DNA of 32,000 nucleotides from Gallibacterium melopsittaci (GTDB lineage Bacteria; Pseudomonadota; Gammaproteobacteria; Enterobacterales; Pasteurellaceae): NCBI RefSeq assembly GCF_042433085.1, contig NZ_JBHLWA010000049.1, positions 91,603 to 123,602 of the forward strand, read 5' to 3'. Shown piece by piece: positions 9,375 to 19,741 of this stretch (position 1 is its first letter; each line of letters starts with the position of its first letter). The notes under the pieces were generated by a model. It saw only the letters and a program-made list of their open reading frames with translations, ran no database searches and was not told where the DNA came from. The position numbers and the translations under genes were made by a program.

Positions 9375-9971
9375 AAGATACCTCTCTTCATAAAAGGTCA
9401 ATTTTCTATCATAGCCATTTATTACTACACTGCCTTAACAAAAAAACGCTTAGTAATTCATTTGGGGTATTGTACACATTATGTAAATAAAAATTTATGC
9501 TTAAGATCACATTTCTATAATATGTACATTAATTTATTTAAATAACAAATACAACATTGACAAAGAAAAGTACAAGTTTTATACAGAAATGTACAAGAAT
9601 ATGTTTCTGAGAACGATGCTAGTTAATTTAAAAATAGCTCTCTTCCCTTTTGGCGTGAATTGAGGTTATTTCGTTTTAAATATTCTTTCCTCTTTCTTTT
9701 TTATTGCACTTAGATTGTAAATTCAATGGCAAAAACGTTTAATTTTTCGTAGAAAAATATCTGTTTTTTGTCGCTAGAAAAAGCTTAACGAAATGAAGAA
9801 TAGCAAAGATCTACAGCGTATATTATTCGCAAGTAGCATTTAAAAAGCAGGACTGTTTGTGTTGTTCCACTTTTAGTAAGAGTAAATAAAAGTAGATTGT
9901 ACTTAGACGAAATACTAATTTATCTGCAAAACAAACTAAAAATTAATTCAGATGACTTTGTCAGTAAACTG

Positions 9972-9993
9972 AAATGCGGCATTTGCCGCATTT
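9972..9993. terminator. Hairpin terminator downstream of mukB
   Basis: AAATGCGGC (9972-9980) pairs with GCCGCATTT (9985-9993) around a 4-nt loop, 16 nt beyond the mukB stop. T-rich sequence flanks it on both strands. Confidence 0.55.
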
Positions 9994-10008
9994 TCTTTTT
10001 ACTGATAT

Positions 10009-13000
10009 TTAGTGTGTGGTACCAAATCCTTTCAAACCAACGACGTGTACAAACTCTTGATTATGCGCAATCTTACGCACTAGTTTATAAGTCGTTCCTT
10101 TTTCTGGACTGATATTTTCTGGTGCGGCAATTAATAACTGCATATCAAGACGATCGCAGAGTTCAAACAAGGTTGAAATCGATTTTGCATCTAAACGTGC
10201 CGCTTCATCTAAGAATAACAATCGACAAGGAACAATCTCTTTGCCTCGTAAGCGGCGAGATTCTTCTTCCCAACTTTGTACCACCATTAACAAGATCGAC
10301 ATCCCCGTACCAATCGCTTCCCCAGTAGATAATGCCCCACTCTCCGCACGCAACCAGCCGTCCGCACCACGGAACACCTCTACCTCAAGATCTAAATAGT
10401 GGCGATAATCTAATAATTCTTCACCAATCGTTTGTGGGCTGCGTTGTCCCATATCAATATGCGGATTTAAACGTTGATATAACTTAGCCAGTGCTTCAGA
10501 GAAAGTCAGTTTATTATTATTAAACAGATCTTCATATTCCGCTTGTTTGCCCGATAACGCATCTAGCAACATCGCATGCGTATCTCGAATATTCACGACT
10601 AAACGCACACTTTTTACCTGACCAAAGGCAATATTTTGTAATCCTTGGTTTAATAAGCGAATCCGATTTTGTTCACGTTGAATGGTCTTACGCATAATAT
10701 TGGCAACACTATCTGCACTAATCGCCAATTTTTGTTCGCGGCTCGTTAACTCTTCTGTTAAACGTGCTAACTCAACTTCCATTTGTTCAATCGCATCAAT
10801 CGGATCATCAGTTTTCAAAATATCCTGACGAATACGTTCACGCAGATGTTGATACACCGCAATAAAGAATTTCACTTTATATTCAGGTTTAGCCGAATTT
10901 TCTGATAAACGCAACGCATCTCTTAAGTATTCATTATCTGCGACTGCATTACGCAACGCCCCTAATGCCTTATCTGACATTGAGCGTAGCTCTTCAGCCG
11001 ATAAGTAAGCTAACTCACGGCGGTGTAAACGTTTTTCAACATCACTATGGCGAGATAGGCGTTGTACTGCACACCAACTCACTTTCGCCGCCACGACAAC
11101 TTCACGTTGTGCCTTATAATCTCGCTCTAATTTCCGCAAGCTCTTCGTTAAACTATCCGTTCCGTTCTCTAGTACCGCTAACTGTTTCTCAAGATAGTTA
11201 TACCGTTGACGATTGACGGAAAGTTGTTGATAAAGCTCATCACGGCGATTTTTCGCCCGCATTTCGGCATCAGCATCAACTTTTACGCCTAATTGTGCCA
11301 CTTCATCAAGTAACTCTTGTAATGTTTGTTGCTTAATCTCTTTTGAAGTGGTTAACCCTGTCAATACTTGTTGATATTGGCTTAGTTGATTTTGTGCTTG
11401 TTGCAATGCTTGGCGTTTTTGCTCACGTTGTTGTTGCATCTGCTCTAAGCGTTCACGCAATTTCACACTTAATTCTGAAGTTTCTACTTCAGCACTTTCA
11501 CGATAACTAAAGTGTGCTAAACGGCTTACCACATCTGTCACCGCAAACAAACGTTGTTGCACTTGTTTTTGTAATTCCACTGCACGTTGATATTCAGCTT
11601 GTAAGCTATCGTGCTGTTCGGGATCACTTTGCAATGCGGTTGCAATCGGTTCTAATTGCTCAATTAAGTTCCCTTTTTGTCGCACATACACCGCATTTTC
11701 TTCTGCTACTTCCAGTTGTGCTTGATATTCATCAATTTGTTCTAGCAAACTATCTTCAGCAAGTAACGCCAAATTCGGCAATAATTTATTCAGTTGTTGC
11801 AACTGTTGACGAACTTCTGCCAACTGACTGCGTGCTTGTTGTTCTTGATCAGTTAATTTGGCTAATTCACGTTCAACTTCATTACGTTGTTGTTGTGCTT
11901 CTCGCATTAATTCTTCTGGATCAACTTCAAATGCTAATGCAAGATGTGAGCCAACAAATTGGCTAAGTTGTTGATGTAAACGCTGGCATTTCTGAACATC
12001 AAATGAAATTTGCGCAAACTGCTCTGCGACTTCATCACGTTGTTGACGTAAGGTTTCTAGATGTTTTTCTCGTGCTGCACGTCCAAATAATGGAATTTCT
12101 GGGAAAGTCGAATAACGTAATTCACGTTGTGAAACCTGTACAACAACACCACATTCCAACTCTTGTGCCGATAACACGCTATCATCAAAGGAGTTTGGAT
12201 CCCCCTCAATCAAATAGAGATCATCTGGGCAATCTTGTAACTCTTGTAATAATGGCTTCACTGCCTCTAAATCTCGCACCACAATCGCATGACGAGCTGG
12301 ACCGTATAACGCAGAAAAATAAGGGGCATCGCTAATATCCACATCATCATACAACTCAGATAACAGCACGCCGCCAAATTTTTCAGCAAGTTGGTTTAAA
12401 CGTGGGTCTTCTGAACCATCTGGTTGTGTTAAACGTAAAATCTGTTGTTCAAGATCTTGTTTCTTCGCCTCAAGCTGATCACGTTGAATAATCAATTCCC
12501 GTTCTTTAGTTAATTGATTTTGCATAAAATCCATTACGCTTTGTGAACTGTGGAATTGTTGATTTACTTGCTCTTGAATACGCTCTAATGCTGCTTGTGC
12601 CGTTAGCCATAACGGTGCTTTTTGGCTATTTTGTTGGTAAATCGCTTGAAAATGTTCACGTTGTTGACGTAATTCAGAACGCTGTTCAATTAAGGTATTC
12701 AACTGCTCTTCTACTGCTTCACTGCGATCTTCTTGCTGTAACGCATATTGTTCGAGTGCGTCTGCATCTTGTAGCGATTGCCCTGTTTGTTGATTAAATG
12801 CCGCTAATTGTTGTTGAACACGTTGTTGTTGATCGGCTTTTTGTTGTAATTCAGCCAATTTAGCTTTCAGTTCATTTGCTTGTTGTTGCTGCAATTTTTG
12901 TGCTGGATAATCACGCAAAATTTGTTTCGCTTGTTGCCACGCTTCACTACGAGCAACATCACCTTGAATCTTACAAACCAACTGATACGCTTTATCAAAT

Positions 13001-14484
13001 TGTGTTTTCGCAATATCGACCACTGACAATTTTTGTTCTAATTCTAATACTCGCTCAGTTAAAGCCTCTGCCTGTTCGCTAAATTCTGCTTGATACTGCT
13101 CTGCACTTTCTGGAGTTAAATTAACAATCCCAGTAATATTTTTTGCTTTTTCTAATGTTTGAATTGCTTGTTGATATTGCACACTGCGGGTTTGCTGTGC
13201 ATTTAACGCTTGTTGATAATCCGTTAATTGATCACGAATAGACTCAATTTCACCCTCAATCACTTCCACACTTTCTTGTTGCTCGGTTAAAGTAATTTGT
13301 GCTTCTTCAACAATTTCTTGTTGCTCTTCAATTTTTTCACCTAACTCGACAACATCTTCTTGATAACGTTCAATCTTTTCTTGATGATGCTGTGCATTTA
13401 CCACCAAATTATAGTGATCGTTCGCACTTTGATAATCGACTTCTAGCGTTTTTTCCGCTTCTTTTAGCTGGCTAACTTCACGACTAAAATCAACAATATT
13501 ATGTTGTGCTAGACTGAGCTGTTGTTTGGTTTGGAATAATTCATTACGTTGTCCCAAAAGTAACGAAATATTCTTGCGTCTCTCATTAGCATGACGCATA
13601 TAATCCGCTGCTACATAATCGGTAGATTGCGTAATTAAATGCTTAAATAAATCTCGGTCAGCTTGGGTAACTTTAATCGCTTCCAATGTCATACGGTTTT
13701 CTCGCAATGCCACTTCCATATCTTGGAATGCTTTTTTCACGCCAACATTTTCAGGTAACAAATAATCGCGTAACGAACGAGTAATCGCAGACGAAATCCC
13801 ACCATATAGTGAGGCTTCAATTAATTTATAGAATTTATTTCGATCAGAAGAAGAACGTAATCGTTTTGGAATAATCCCCATATCAAACATAAAGCTATGA
13901 TAATCCGCTACTGAATGATATTGCTTAAAGCTACCGCCTAATACCTCAACTTTTTCTTTTACTTCAGGTAAACCAATCACTTTCGCTTGGGTATCAGAAA
14001 TTTTATCGGTAAAAATTTCTGTTGGAGAAATCGAGAGTGGTAATCCTTGAATTGAGATCGCCTTAATATCCACTTTTCGATCACGCCTTGCAATTTGCTG
14101 CAAACGTACACCTACTAATGCACGTTGATGGTGAGAATTTATGGTATCCAAAATGGCATAACAGATACCTGGACGTAACTTACCATATAGCCCTTTATCA
14201 CGCGAACCGCCTGAAGCCCCCGCTTCTGTGGTATTACGGAAATGTAATAAAGTTAAATCTGGAATTAATGCAGTCACAAAGCCTGCCATTGTGGTGGATT
14301 TTCCTGCACCATTTCCCCCTGACAGCGTGGTCACTAACTCATCAAGATCAAAAGTACGCGCAAAAAAACCATTCCAGTTAATCAAGGTAAGTGAACGAAA
14401 TTTACCACGTTCTGCATTCGTTTTTACATTTGCTGTCGCCTCAACTTGTTGAGGTGTTAATGATTCCATCTCTAACTCTGCCAT
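10009..14484 (-). CDS. mukB: Chromosome partition protein MukB (SMC-like condensin)
   Basis: The N-terminal head is nearly identical to E. coli MukB ([41 protein letters not shown]). It has a long coiled coil and a conserved C-terminal head ([31 protein letters not shown]...[11 protein letters not shown]). Its ATG overlaps the mukE stop by 1 nt. Confidence 0.97.
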   Translation of the reverse strand: MAELEMESLTPQQVEATANVKTNAERGKFRSLTLINWNGFFARTFDLDELVTTLSGGNGAGKSTTMAGFVTALIPDLTLLHFRNTTEAGASGGSRDKGLYGKLRPGICYAILDTINSHHQRALVGVRLQQIARRDRKVDIKAISIQGLPLSISPTEIFTDKISDTQAKVIGLPEVKEKVEVLGGSFKQYHSVADYHSFMFDMGIIPKRLRSSSDRNKFYKLIEASLYGGISSAITRSLRDYLLPENVGVKKAFQDMEVALRENRMTLEAIKVTQADRDLFKHLITQSTDYVAADYMRHANERRKNISLLLGQRNELFQTKQQLSLAQHNIVDFSREVSQLKEAEKTLEVDYQSANDHYNLVVNAQHHQEKIERYQEDVVELGEKIEEQQEIVEEAQITLTEQQESVEVIEGEIESIRDQLTDYQQALNAQQTRSVQYQQAIQTLEKAKNITGIVNLTPESAEQYQAEFSEQAEALTERVLELEQKLSVVDIAKTQFDKAYQLVCKIQGDVARSEAWQQAKQILRDYPAQKLQQQQANELKAKLAELQQKADQQQRVQQQLAAFNQQTGQSLQDADALEQYALQQEDRSEAVEEQLNTLIEQRSELRQQREHFQAIYQQNSQKAPLWLTAQAALERIQEQVNQQFHSSQSVMDFMQNQLTKERELIIQRDQLEAKKQDLEQQILRLTQPDGSEDPRLNQLAEKFGGVLLSELYDDVDISDAPYFSALYGPARHAIVVRDLEAVKPLLQELQDCPDDLYLIEGDPNSFDDSVLSAQELECGVVVQVSQRELRYSTFPEIPLFGRAAREKHLETLRQQRDEVAEQFAQISFDVQKCQRLHQQLSQFVGSHLALAFEVDPEELMREAQQQRNEVERELAKLTDQEQQARSQLAEVRQQLQQLNKLLPNLALLAEDSLLEQIDEYQAQLEVAEENAVYVRQKGNLIEQLEPIATALQSDPEQHDSLQAEYQRAVELQKQVQQRLFAVTDVVSRLAHFSYRESAEVETSELSVKLRERLEQMQQQREQKRQALQQAQNQLSQYQQVLTGLTTSKEIKQQTLQELLDEVAQLGVKVDADAEMRAKNRRDELYQQLSVNRQRYNYLEKQLAVLENGTDSLTKSLRKLERDYKAQREVVVAAKVSWCAVQRLSRHSDVEKRLHRRELAYLSAEELRSMSDKALGALRNAVADNEYLRDALRLSENSAKPEYKVKFFIAVYQHLRERIRQDILKTDDPIDAIEQMEVELARLTEELTSREQKLAISADSVANIMRKTIQREQNRIRLLNQGLQNIAFGQVKSVRLVVNIRDTHAMLLDALSGKQAEYEDLFNNNKLTFSEALAKLYQRLNPHIDMGQRSPQTIGEELLDYRHYLDLEVEVFRGADGWLRAESGALSTGEAIGTGMSILLMVVQSWEEESRRLRGKEIVPCRLLFLDEAARLDAKSISTLFELCDRLDMQLLIAAPENISPEKGTTYKLVRKIAHNQEFVHVVGLKGFGTTH

Positions 14485-15206
14485 TATTCGTTCCCTTCCT
14501 CAAAATCATTCTCATCAAGCTCTTCGGCATCACCTGCATTATTGTCATCAACTTGCAATGAATCAGGTGTCGCAATTTCTCCCTCACGGATTAAGCGTAA
14601 TTGTGCAGCTTGTAAATCTTCGCCACTACGCACTTCTGCACCAAAACGGAACACCGCTTCAGAGATCACAAACTTGCCACTATGTTGATCGCCTATCGTT
14701 TGTAACATACCTAAACGGCGTAAACGCCCCACAGCAGCCCTCACTTTCTCGGCTAATTTTTGTTTATCCAAATCTGAACCGCTGGAGCGTTGATTCACGA
14801 TTTTGAGCAACTTACTTTCGTCTGCTAAGTTCAATAATTCATCATAGACTTCTTGTACGGTAAAAATGCCTTGTTGTGCTAGACGCTCTGGGCTTAAATA
14901 GAGATAACAGAGTACCTTACCGACTAACATTTCTAATTCCGATAACACACTCCGTGCTATCAAAGTTGTTGCTTTAGGACGTAAATAGAAAAAACCCTCT
15001 GGCGCTCGGATCAGTTCAACATTATAACGACGGTAAAAAAGTTCTAATTCTGTTTGAAAATCTAATAAGAAAGCGTGCTGTTCTAATTGATCAAGACTAA
15101 TATGACGCCCTGAACGTAATTGGCTATCAACTAATGGAAATAATGGATTGGCAATCGCCGTTGCTAACTCTTTTGGAATAGGCTCGTAAGATGTGGTTTC
15201 ACTCAT
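14484..15206 (-). CDS. mukE: Chromosome partition protein MukE
   Basis: Colinear with E. coli MukE ([42 protein letters not shown], acidic tail). It sits between mukF and mukB. Confidence 0.93.
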   Translation of the reverse strand: MSETTSYEPIPKELATAIANPLFPLVDSQLRSGRHISLDQLEQHAFLLDFQTELELFYRRYNVELIRAPEGFFYLRPKATTLIARSVLSELEMLVGKVLCYLYLSPERLAQQGIFTVQEVYDELLNLADESKLLKIVNQRSSGSDLDKQKLAEKVRAAVGRLRRLGMLQTIGDQHSGKFVISEAVFRFGAEVRSGEDLQAAQLRLIREGEIATPDSLQVDDNNAGDAEELDENDFEEGNE

Positions 15207-15227
15207 AATTTATTCGCTTAATTAACG

Positions 15228-16571
15228 TTATTTCTTTGCTTGATTGTTGTTATATTCATCAATCGGGTGTGCTTGTACTTCTGCACCATACGCATTGATT
15301 GCCTGCCATTGTGGTACATTACCGCTAAAATCTTGGCTCGCAATCCCAAGTCGGACAGCTTGATCTACAATAATTCTTGCTACATCAAAATGTTGTGATT
15401 GTGGATAACGATCAAGTTGCTCTCGTAATACTGCACTTAATTCTATCGGTTTCTGATCTTGATAATATTGGATCAATAAGCGCTGCATAGTTTCGGTAAT
15501 TTGTTCATGAACTGTTTGTAGCGATTCATATTCTAATTCTGCTGGTAATTCACCTAACGCCTCTTCTTCACGCAACGCCAACTCTTCTTCACGCAAGTCA
15601 ATTAAACGTTCCGCTTGTACATGCCATAAATAGAATGGTGCAGTAAAATAATCCGTTATCGAACGGCGTAAACGTTGTGCAAAAACCCGATTTTTATCCA
15701 AATCGATTGCCGTACGGATAAATTTATGCACATGGCGGTCATAGCTGATCCACAAGTCAATCGCTTGTTGTCCCCAGCTAATAATACGGTCTAATTTAAG
15801 TTGTAAACTAATAATAAGTTGCGCAACAAACTCTAATGATTGTCTGCCAAGCAGACAGTCTTGAATGCGTAATAATCCAGCTTGCAATTTATCGCCAGCC
15901 GCATTTAAAGTATCTTGCAGCTCACGTAAATTCCCTGAAGTTTCATCTAATAACCGTTCACAACTTGAGATAGCAGCTTGCCAATCTTTACTTAATAATT
16001 CGGCAATTTCTTCTTTGGTATGATGTTGACTTTCATCCATAATCCGTTGCGACAAATCAATACTGTCAAAAATTTCTGCCACCGAATACTTTAATGGTGC
16101 AAAAACTTCTCGCCGCCAATAATAGTCATCACCATCATTTTCTGCGGCTTCGGCAGCACGTTGAATCTCATCTGCCACAATTGATAATTGCACAGAAAGA
16201 CGCAAAGCAGAAAATTCACGTTGACGGATATAATAATCCGAAATACCGACTCCTAATGGTGTCAAACGATAGATTGCCAAGCCTTCGGTAAATTCACTAC
16301 TAAAGCGATTAACCAGACGCTGTTTTACCAGATCATTAATCGCATTATTTGCTCGTTGAACTAAGGTATCTTCCGACTGCCCTAATGCTTTGGAAACATG
16401 ACGGAAAAGATCGACTAAATCGATCTCTTCCATCTCACCAGCAAAACGTTCACTATTAAAAATCGCTATTGCTAGCAAAAAAGCCAAACGTTCTGTGGTT
16501 AGATTTAAGTTAAATTCTCGCTCTTTTACCCACGAGATAAGTTCAGGAATGGTTTGAGTTGATTCACTCAT
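15228..16571 (-). CDS. mukF: Chromosome partition protein MukF (kleisin)
   Basis: Colinear with E. coli MukF ([75 protein letters not shown]). Confidence 0.93.
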   Translation of the reverse strand: MSESTQTIPELISWVKEREFNLNLTTERLAFLLAIAIFNSERFAGEMEEIDLVDLFRHVSKALGQSEDTLVQRANNAINDLVKQRLVNRFSSEFTEGLAIYRLTPLGVGISDYYIRQREFSALRLSVQLSIVADEIQRAAEAAENDGDDYYWRREVFAPLKYSVAEIFDSIDLSQRIMDESQHHTKEEIAELLSKDWQAAISSCERLLDETSGNLRELQDTLNAAGDKLQAGLLRIQDCLLGRQSLEFVAQLIISLQLKLDRIISWGQQAIDLWISYDRHVHKFIRTAIDLDKNRVFAQRLRRSITDYFTAPFYLWHVQAERLIDLREEELALREEEALGELPAELEYESLQTVHEQITETMQRLLIQYYQDQKPIELSAVLREQLDRYPQSQHFDVARIIVDQAVRLGIASQDFSGNVPQWQAINAYGAEVQAHPIDEYNNNQAKK

Positions 16572-16841
16572 TATTAATTACCTAGATAACTGAGGTTTCT
16601 CTTGATCAAATTAATACGCTAAAACAGGCAACATTCTAGCAAAAAAATGTTATTTCTCTAAAGGTTATTTAACAAGATTGTGACCTTTTCTCTGTGAGCG
16701 ATCTCGCATTCTGACAATAAATAAAATTTTTTCAGGATAAACCCTTATTTATCACAAAATACCTCAATAAATTTATTGCAAAAAAAACCAAAGTCCTTAC
16801 CATAGCAAACCGATTTTTAGCTGAAAAACTGATTATTCATT

Positions 16842-17762
16842 ATGTCATTAGAAAAAAAACAGATTTATAACTTCAACAAATTGCATAAACGTTTACGTCG
16901 TGAAGTCGGTAAAGCAATTGCCGATTTTAATATGATCGAAGAGGGCGATCGGGTTATGGTGTGTCTATCTGGCGGAAAAGATAGCTATACCCTCTTAGAT
17001 ATTTTGCTTAACCTCAAACTCAACGCGCCAATCAATTTCGAGATTGTGGCAGTGAATCTGGATCAAAAACAACCTGGTTTTCCTGAAGAGGTATTGCCAA
17101 ATTACCTGTCGCAATTAGGGGTAGAATATAAAATTGTTGAAGAAAATACTTATGGCATTGTGAAAGAAAAAATTCCAGAGGGAAAAACCACTTGTTCGCT
17201 CTGCTCTCGTTTACGTCGTGGGATTCTATATCGTACCGCCACAGAATTAGGTGCGACCAAAATTGCCCTCGGGCATCATCGTGATGATATGTTGGAAACT
17301 TTATTCCTGAATATGTTCTATGGCGGCAAAATGAAAAGTATGCCACCGAAATTAATCAGTGATGATGGCAAACAGATTGTGATTCGCCCACTAGCCTATT
17401 GCCGCGAAAAAGATATTGCACGTTACGCTGAAGCGAAACAGTTCCCGATTATTCCTTGTAACCTGTGTGGTTCTCAACCTAATTTACAACGCCAAGTGAT
17501 CAAAGAGATGCTACAAGCATGGGATCGCCAATATCCTGGTCGAATTGAAACAATGTTTAGTGCCTTACAAAATGTCGTGCCATCACACCTATGCGATCCA
17601 AATTTATTTGATTTCAAAAATATTCGCCATGGCAGCACATTAGAAAATATTGAGGGTGATATTGCCTTTGATAAACCAGAAATTCCAACTGCGCCCGTGA
17701 TGCACGATGAAGATAATGATTTCTTCGCAGAAACACAGATTAGTTTTCGTCAAGTGAATTAA
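16842..17762 (+). CDS. ttcA: tRNA 2-thiocytidine(32) synthetase
   Basis: Contains the PP-loop SGGKDS and the [10 protein letters not shown] and CNLCGSQ cysteine motifs. It is nearly colinear with E. coli TtcA (YdaO). Confidence 0.95.
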   Translation: MSLEKKQIYNFNKLHKRLRREVGKAIADFNMIEEGDRVMVCLSGGKDSYTLLDILLNLKLNAPINFEIVAVNLDQKQPGFPEEVLPNYLSQLGVEYKIVEENTYGIVKEKIPEGKTTCSLCSRLRRGILYRTATELGATKIALGHHRDDMLETLFLNMFYGGKMKSMPPKLISDDGKQIVIRPLAYCREKDIARYAEAKQFPIIPCNLCGSQPNLQRQVIKEMLQAWDRQYPGRIETMFSALQNVVPSHLCDPNLFDFKNIRHGSTLENIEGDIAFDKPEIPTAPVMHDEDNDFFAETQISFRQVN

Positions 17763-17836
17763 TGAAATAATGGATTAAATCTAATCTTCTACAGTTAATA
17801 TTGTGTCGGGCTGTAAAAAATTTTTTCTTCCTAAAA

Positions 17837-17878
17837 AAATAGCATTAATCCTGCTGAATTAATGCTATTTTCTTTTTT
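17837..17878 (+). terminator. Rho-independent terminator after ttcA
   Basis: A 13-bp stem, AAATAGCATTAAT (17837-17849) pairing with ATTAATGCTATTT (17858-17870), has an 8-nt loop and is followed by TCTTTTTT. Confidence 0.7.
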
Positions 17879-17894
17879 AAATCAATACGATATT

Positions 17895-18092
17895 CTAACT
17901 TCTACTGAGTAAAAATTTGGGGATTCTAGTTTTAGAAACACCGAGCATGAATACTGATTTATTCATTGCTGACATATTGGTAACGTTACTGATATTCCAT
18001 TTTGAAATATCGCCCTGAAATTTTGATCTAGCAAACATCTCGTACATATCGGTAACATTACTGACATCCCATTGGGAAATATCGCCATTAAA
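17895..18092 (-). pseudogene. 3' relic of a DUF285/BspA-like repeat protein gene abutting the IS element
   Basis: My translation of the minus strand reads [65 protein letters not shown]. That gives two copies of the F-x-GDIS-x-W-[DN]-[VI]-SNVT-x-M signature of DUF285 repeats. No start codon appears, even after mentally removing the IS. Confidence 0.5.
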
Positions 18093-19294
18093 TTGTAGAA
18101 GATCAAACCTAATCTGACAGTCCCCGTTTAAAATTAGCGTGCCTGTCAGATTAATTTGAGCTTAAATTCTTTTCCGCCCAAATACGCTTTCCATCAAGTA
18201 ATGTTGCTATTGGCGTTCTTCCACAGCACATTTTCCCTTGATGTGTTCGATGATGGTTATAATACATCAACCACTCATCTAAGTCTGCTTGCAATGTGAC
18301 TAAATCCTGATAAATTTTCTTCCGAAATGTCACTTGATAAAATTCTTGCAAGATAGTCTTATGGAAGCGTTCACAGATACCATTAGTCTGTGGATGCTTC
18401 ACCTTAGTTTTGCTATGTTCTATGTCGTTTATCGCTAAATAAAGCTCATAATCATGATTTTCCACTTTGCCACAATATTCACTACCACGGTCAGTCAATA
18501 TGCGTAATAGCGGCAACCCTTGGCTTTCAAAATACGGTAACACTTTATCATTAAGCATATCCGCTGCGGTGATAGCGGTTTTCATTGTGTATAATTTGGC
18601 AAACGCCACTTTACTGTAAGTATCGATAAAAGTTTGCTGATAAATGCGTCCCACACCTTTGAGATTGCCAACATAGAACGTATCTTGTGACCCCAAATAA
18701 CCAGGATGTGCGGTTTCAATTTCTCCACAAGCGAGGTCATCTTCTTTCTTACGTTCTAAGGCTTGAACCTGCGACTCGCTGAGAATAATACCTTGTTCCG
18801 CAACCAATTTCTCAAGAGCAATTAATCTCTGCTTAAAATTAGCTAAATGATGGCGTAACCAAATAGAACGTACACCGCCTGCTGACACAAAGATACCTTG
18901 TTTACGAAGTTCATTGCTTACTCTGACTTGCCCAAACGCTGGATTATCAAGGGCAAATTTCACAACTGCTTGTTCAACCGCTTCATCTACCCGATTTTTG
19001 AGATTCGGAACACGTCGATTTTGATTAAGCAACGCATCAACACCACCTTGTTCAACAGCTTGTTGATAGCGATAGAACGTATCTCGGCTCAATCCCATCA
19101 CTTTACATGCTTGAAAAATATTCCCTAATTCTTCGGCTAAATTTAATAAGCCTGTCTTGTGTTTAATAAGTGGATTGTTAGAATAAAACATGAGAGTTTC
19201 CTTTTTTGTTTAGATTGAATTTTGCACTCATATTCTAAACGGGAAACTCTCACTTTTTATAGTGAATTGTCAGATCAAGTCTGATCTTCTACAA
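18093..19294 (-). mobile_element. IS481-family insertion sequence (1202 bp) with imperfect terminal inverted repeats and a 5-bp TTAAA target-site duplication
   Basis: The left repeat, TTGTAGAAGATCAAACCTAATCTGACAG (18093-18120), matches the reverse complement of 19267-19294, TTGTAGAAGATCAGACTTGATCTGACAA, at 24 of 28 positions. TTAAA flanks both ends (18088-18092 and 19295-19299). The element carries a single transposase ORF. Confidence 0.85.
18151..19191 (-). CDS. IS481-family DDE transposase (HTH plus rve integrase core)
   Basis: The 346-aa protein has an N-terminal HTH ([11 protein letters not shown]), a DDE core region ([11 protein letters not shown]..., TDRGSEY) and the C-terminal motif YNHHRTHQG...TP typical of IS481/IS3-superfamily single-ORF transposases. 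Confidence 0.9.
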   Translation of the reverse strand: MFYSNNPLIKHKTGLLNLAEELGNIFQACKVMGLSRDTFYRYQQAVEQGGVDALLNQNRRVPNLKNRVDEAVEQAVVKFALDNPAFGQVRVSNELRKQGIFVSAGGVRSIWLRHHLANFKQRLIALEKLVAEQGIILSESQVQALERKKEDDLACGEIETAHPGYLGSQDTFYVGNLKGVGRIYQQTFIDTYSKVAFAKLYTMKTAITAADMLNDKVLPYFESQGLPLLRILTDRGSEYCGKVENHDYELYLAINDIEHSKTKVKHPQTNGICERFHKTILQEFYQVTFRKKIYQDLVTLQADLDEWLMYYNHHRTHQGKMCCGRTPIATLLDGKRIWAEKNLSSN

Positions 19295-19421
19295 TTAAAG
19301 CGATATTTAATAATGTTTTGAGTTTTTTCATGGGTTAATTCTCTAAAAACATCAACAATAAAAAATGTTTATAATTTATTGCAGATTTGTTATAAAATGA
19401 ATTATTTTTTAATTCCTAATT

Positions 19422-19739
19422 TTATAAAGACTGCTTTTCATAACTATAATGAACAGAAACTCGTCTATCTTTATCTATTTTTAGTTCCATTTTTCTCCAA
19501 TCATTTTTCTCTTTCATTAAAAAATATAGCTGTTCGCATAAAGGTTCCGCAGCTTCTTTAAGTTCAGAAAATCTATTTGGTACATTATTTTTATTCTCTT
19601 TGATAAACCAACTAGAAAATGAACTCCAATTTTCTGATAATGAAAATTTATATTCTAAATAAGCCTCTAAATAGCCACCTTGGCAGTGATTATGTAATAA
19701 TTGTGTAATTTGACTAAGAATTTCTTGTTGTTGTTCCAT
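19422..19739 (-). CDS. Putative cognate immunity protein (YezG/DUF600-like) for the upstream nuclease
   Basis: This 105-aa acidic protein starts 2 nt after the toxin stop. Its C-terminal pattern W-x5-L-x-I-D-x5-V-x-V-x-Y-x-Y resembles YezG-type antitoxins. The assignment rests mostly on position. Confidence 0.5.
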   Translation of the reverse strand: MEQQQEILSQITQLLHNHCQGGYLEAYLEYKFSLSENWSSFSSWFIKENKNNVPNRFSELKEAAEPLCEQLYFLMKEKNDWRKMELKIDKDRRVSVHYSYEKQSL

Positions 19740-19741
19740 TT

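Noticed and set aside
8931-9401. Whether the upstream ORF is an N-terminal extension of the autotransporter. It is in the same frame, separated only by TAA-GGA-CAT-ATT.
   Set aside because: A complete Sec signal peptide begins exactly at the ATG at 8930 with a good Shine-Dalgarno. An extension of about 150 aa would bury that signal peptide. The shared frame fits coupling better than readthrough.
9357-10112. ORFs 9357-9545 (+) and 9897-10112 (+) in the long intergenic region and the mukB 3' end.
   Set aside because: They lie in AT-rich intergenic sequence, have no Shine-Dalgarno and resemble no known family. The second overlaps the mukB terminator and the mukB coding end.
743-16291. Short ORFs from the track that lie inside or antisense to codB, codA, the autotransporter, mukB, mukE and mukF. 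Examples are 743-997, 2131-2367, 2322-2504, 3299-3508, 5655-5909, 6135-6409, 6759-7593, 8752-8943, 10122-10328, 10965-14452, 14558-14806 and 16094-16291.
   Set aside because: They sit entirely within well-supported long genes in other frames or on the other strand. They have low-complexity or odd composition, no Shine-Dalgarno and no recognisable family. They are shadow ORFs.
19297-19335. A minus-strand ATG at about 19333 (MKKLKTLLNIAL...) as the start of the IS-disrupted DUF285 gene.
   Set aside because: After removing the IS and one target duplication, this frame is out of phase with the [10 protein letters not shown] frame. It cannot be the original start.
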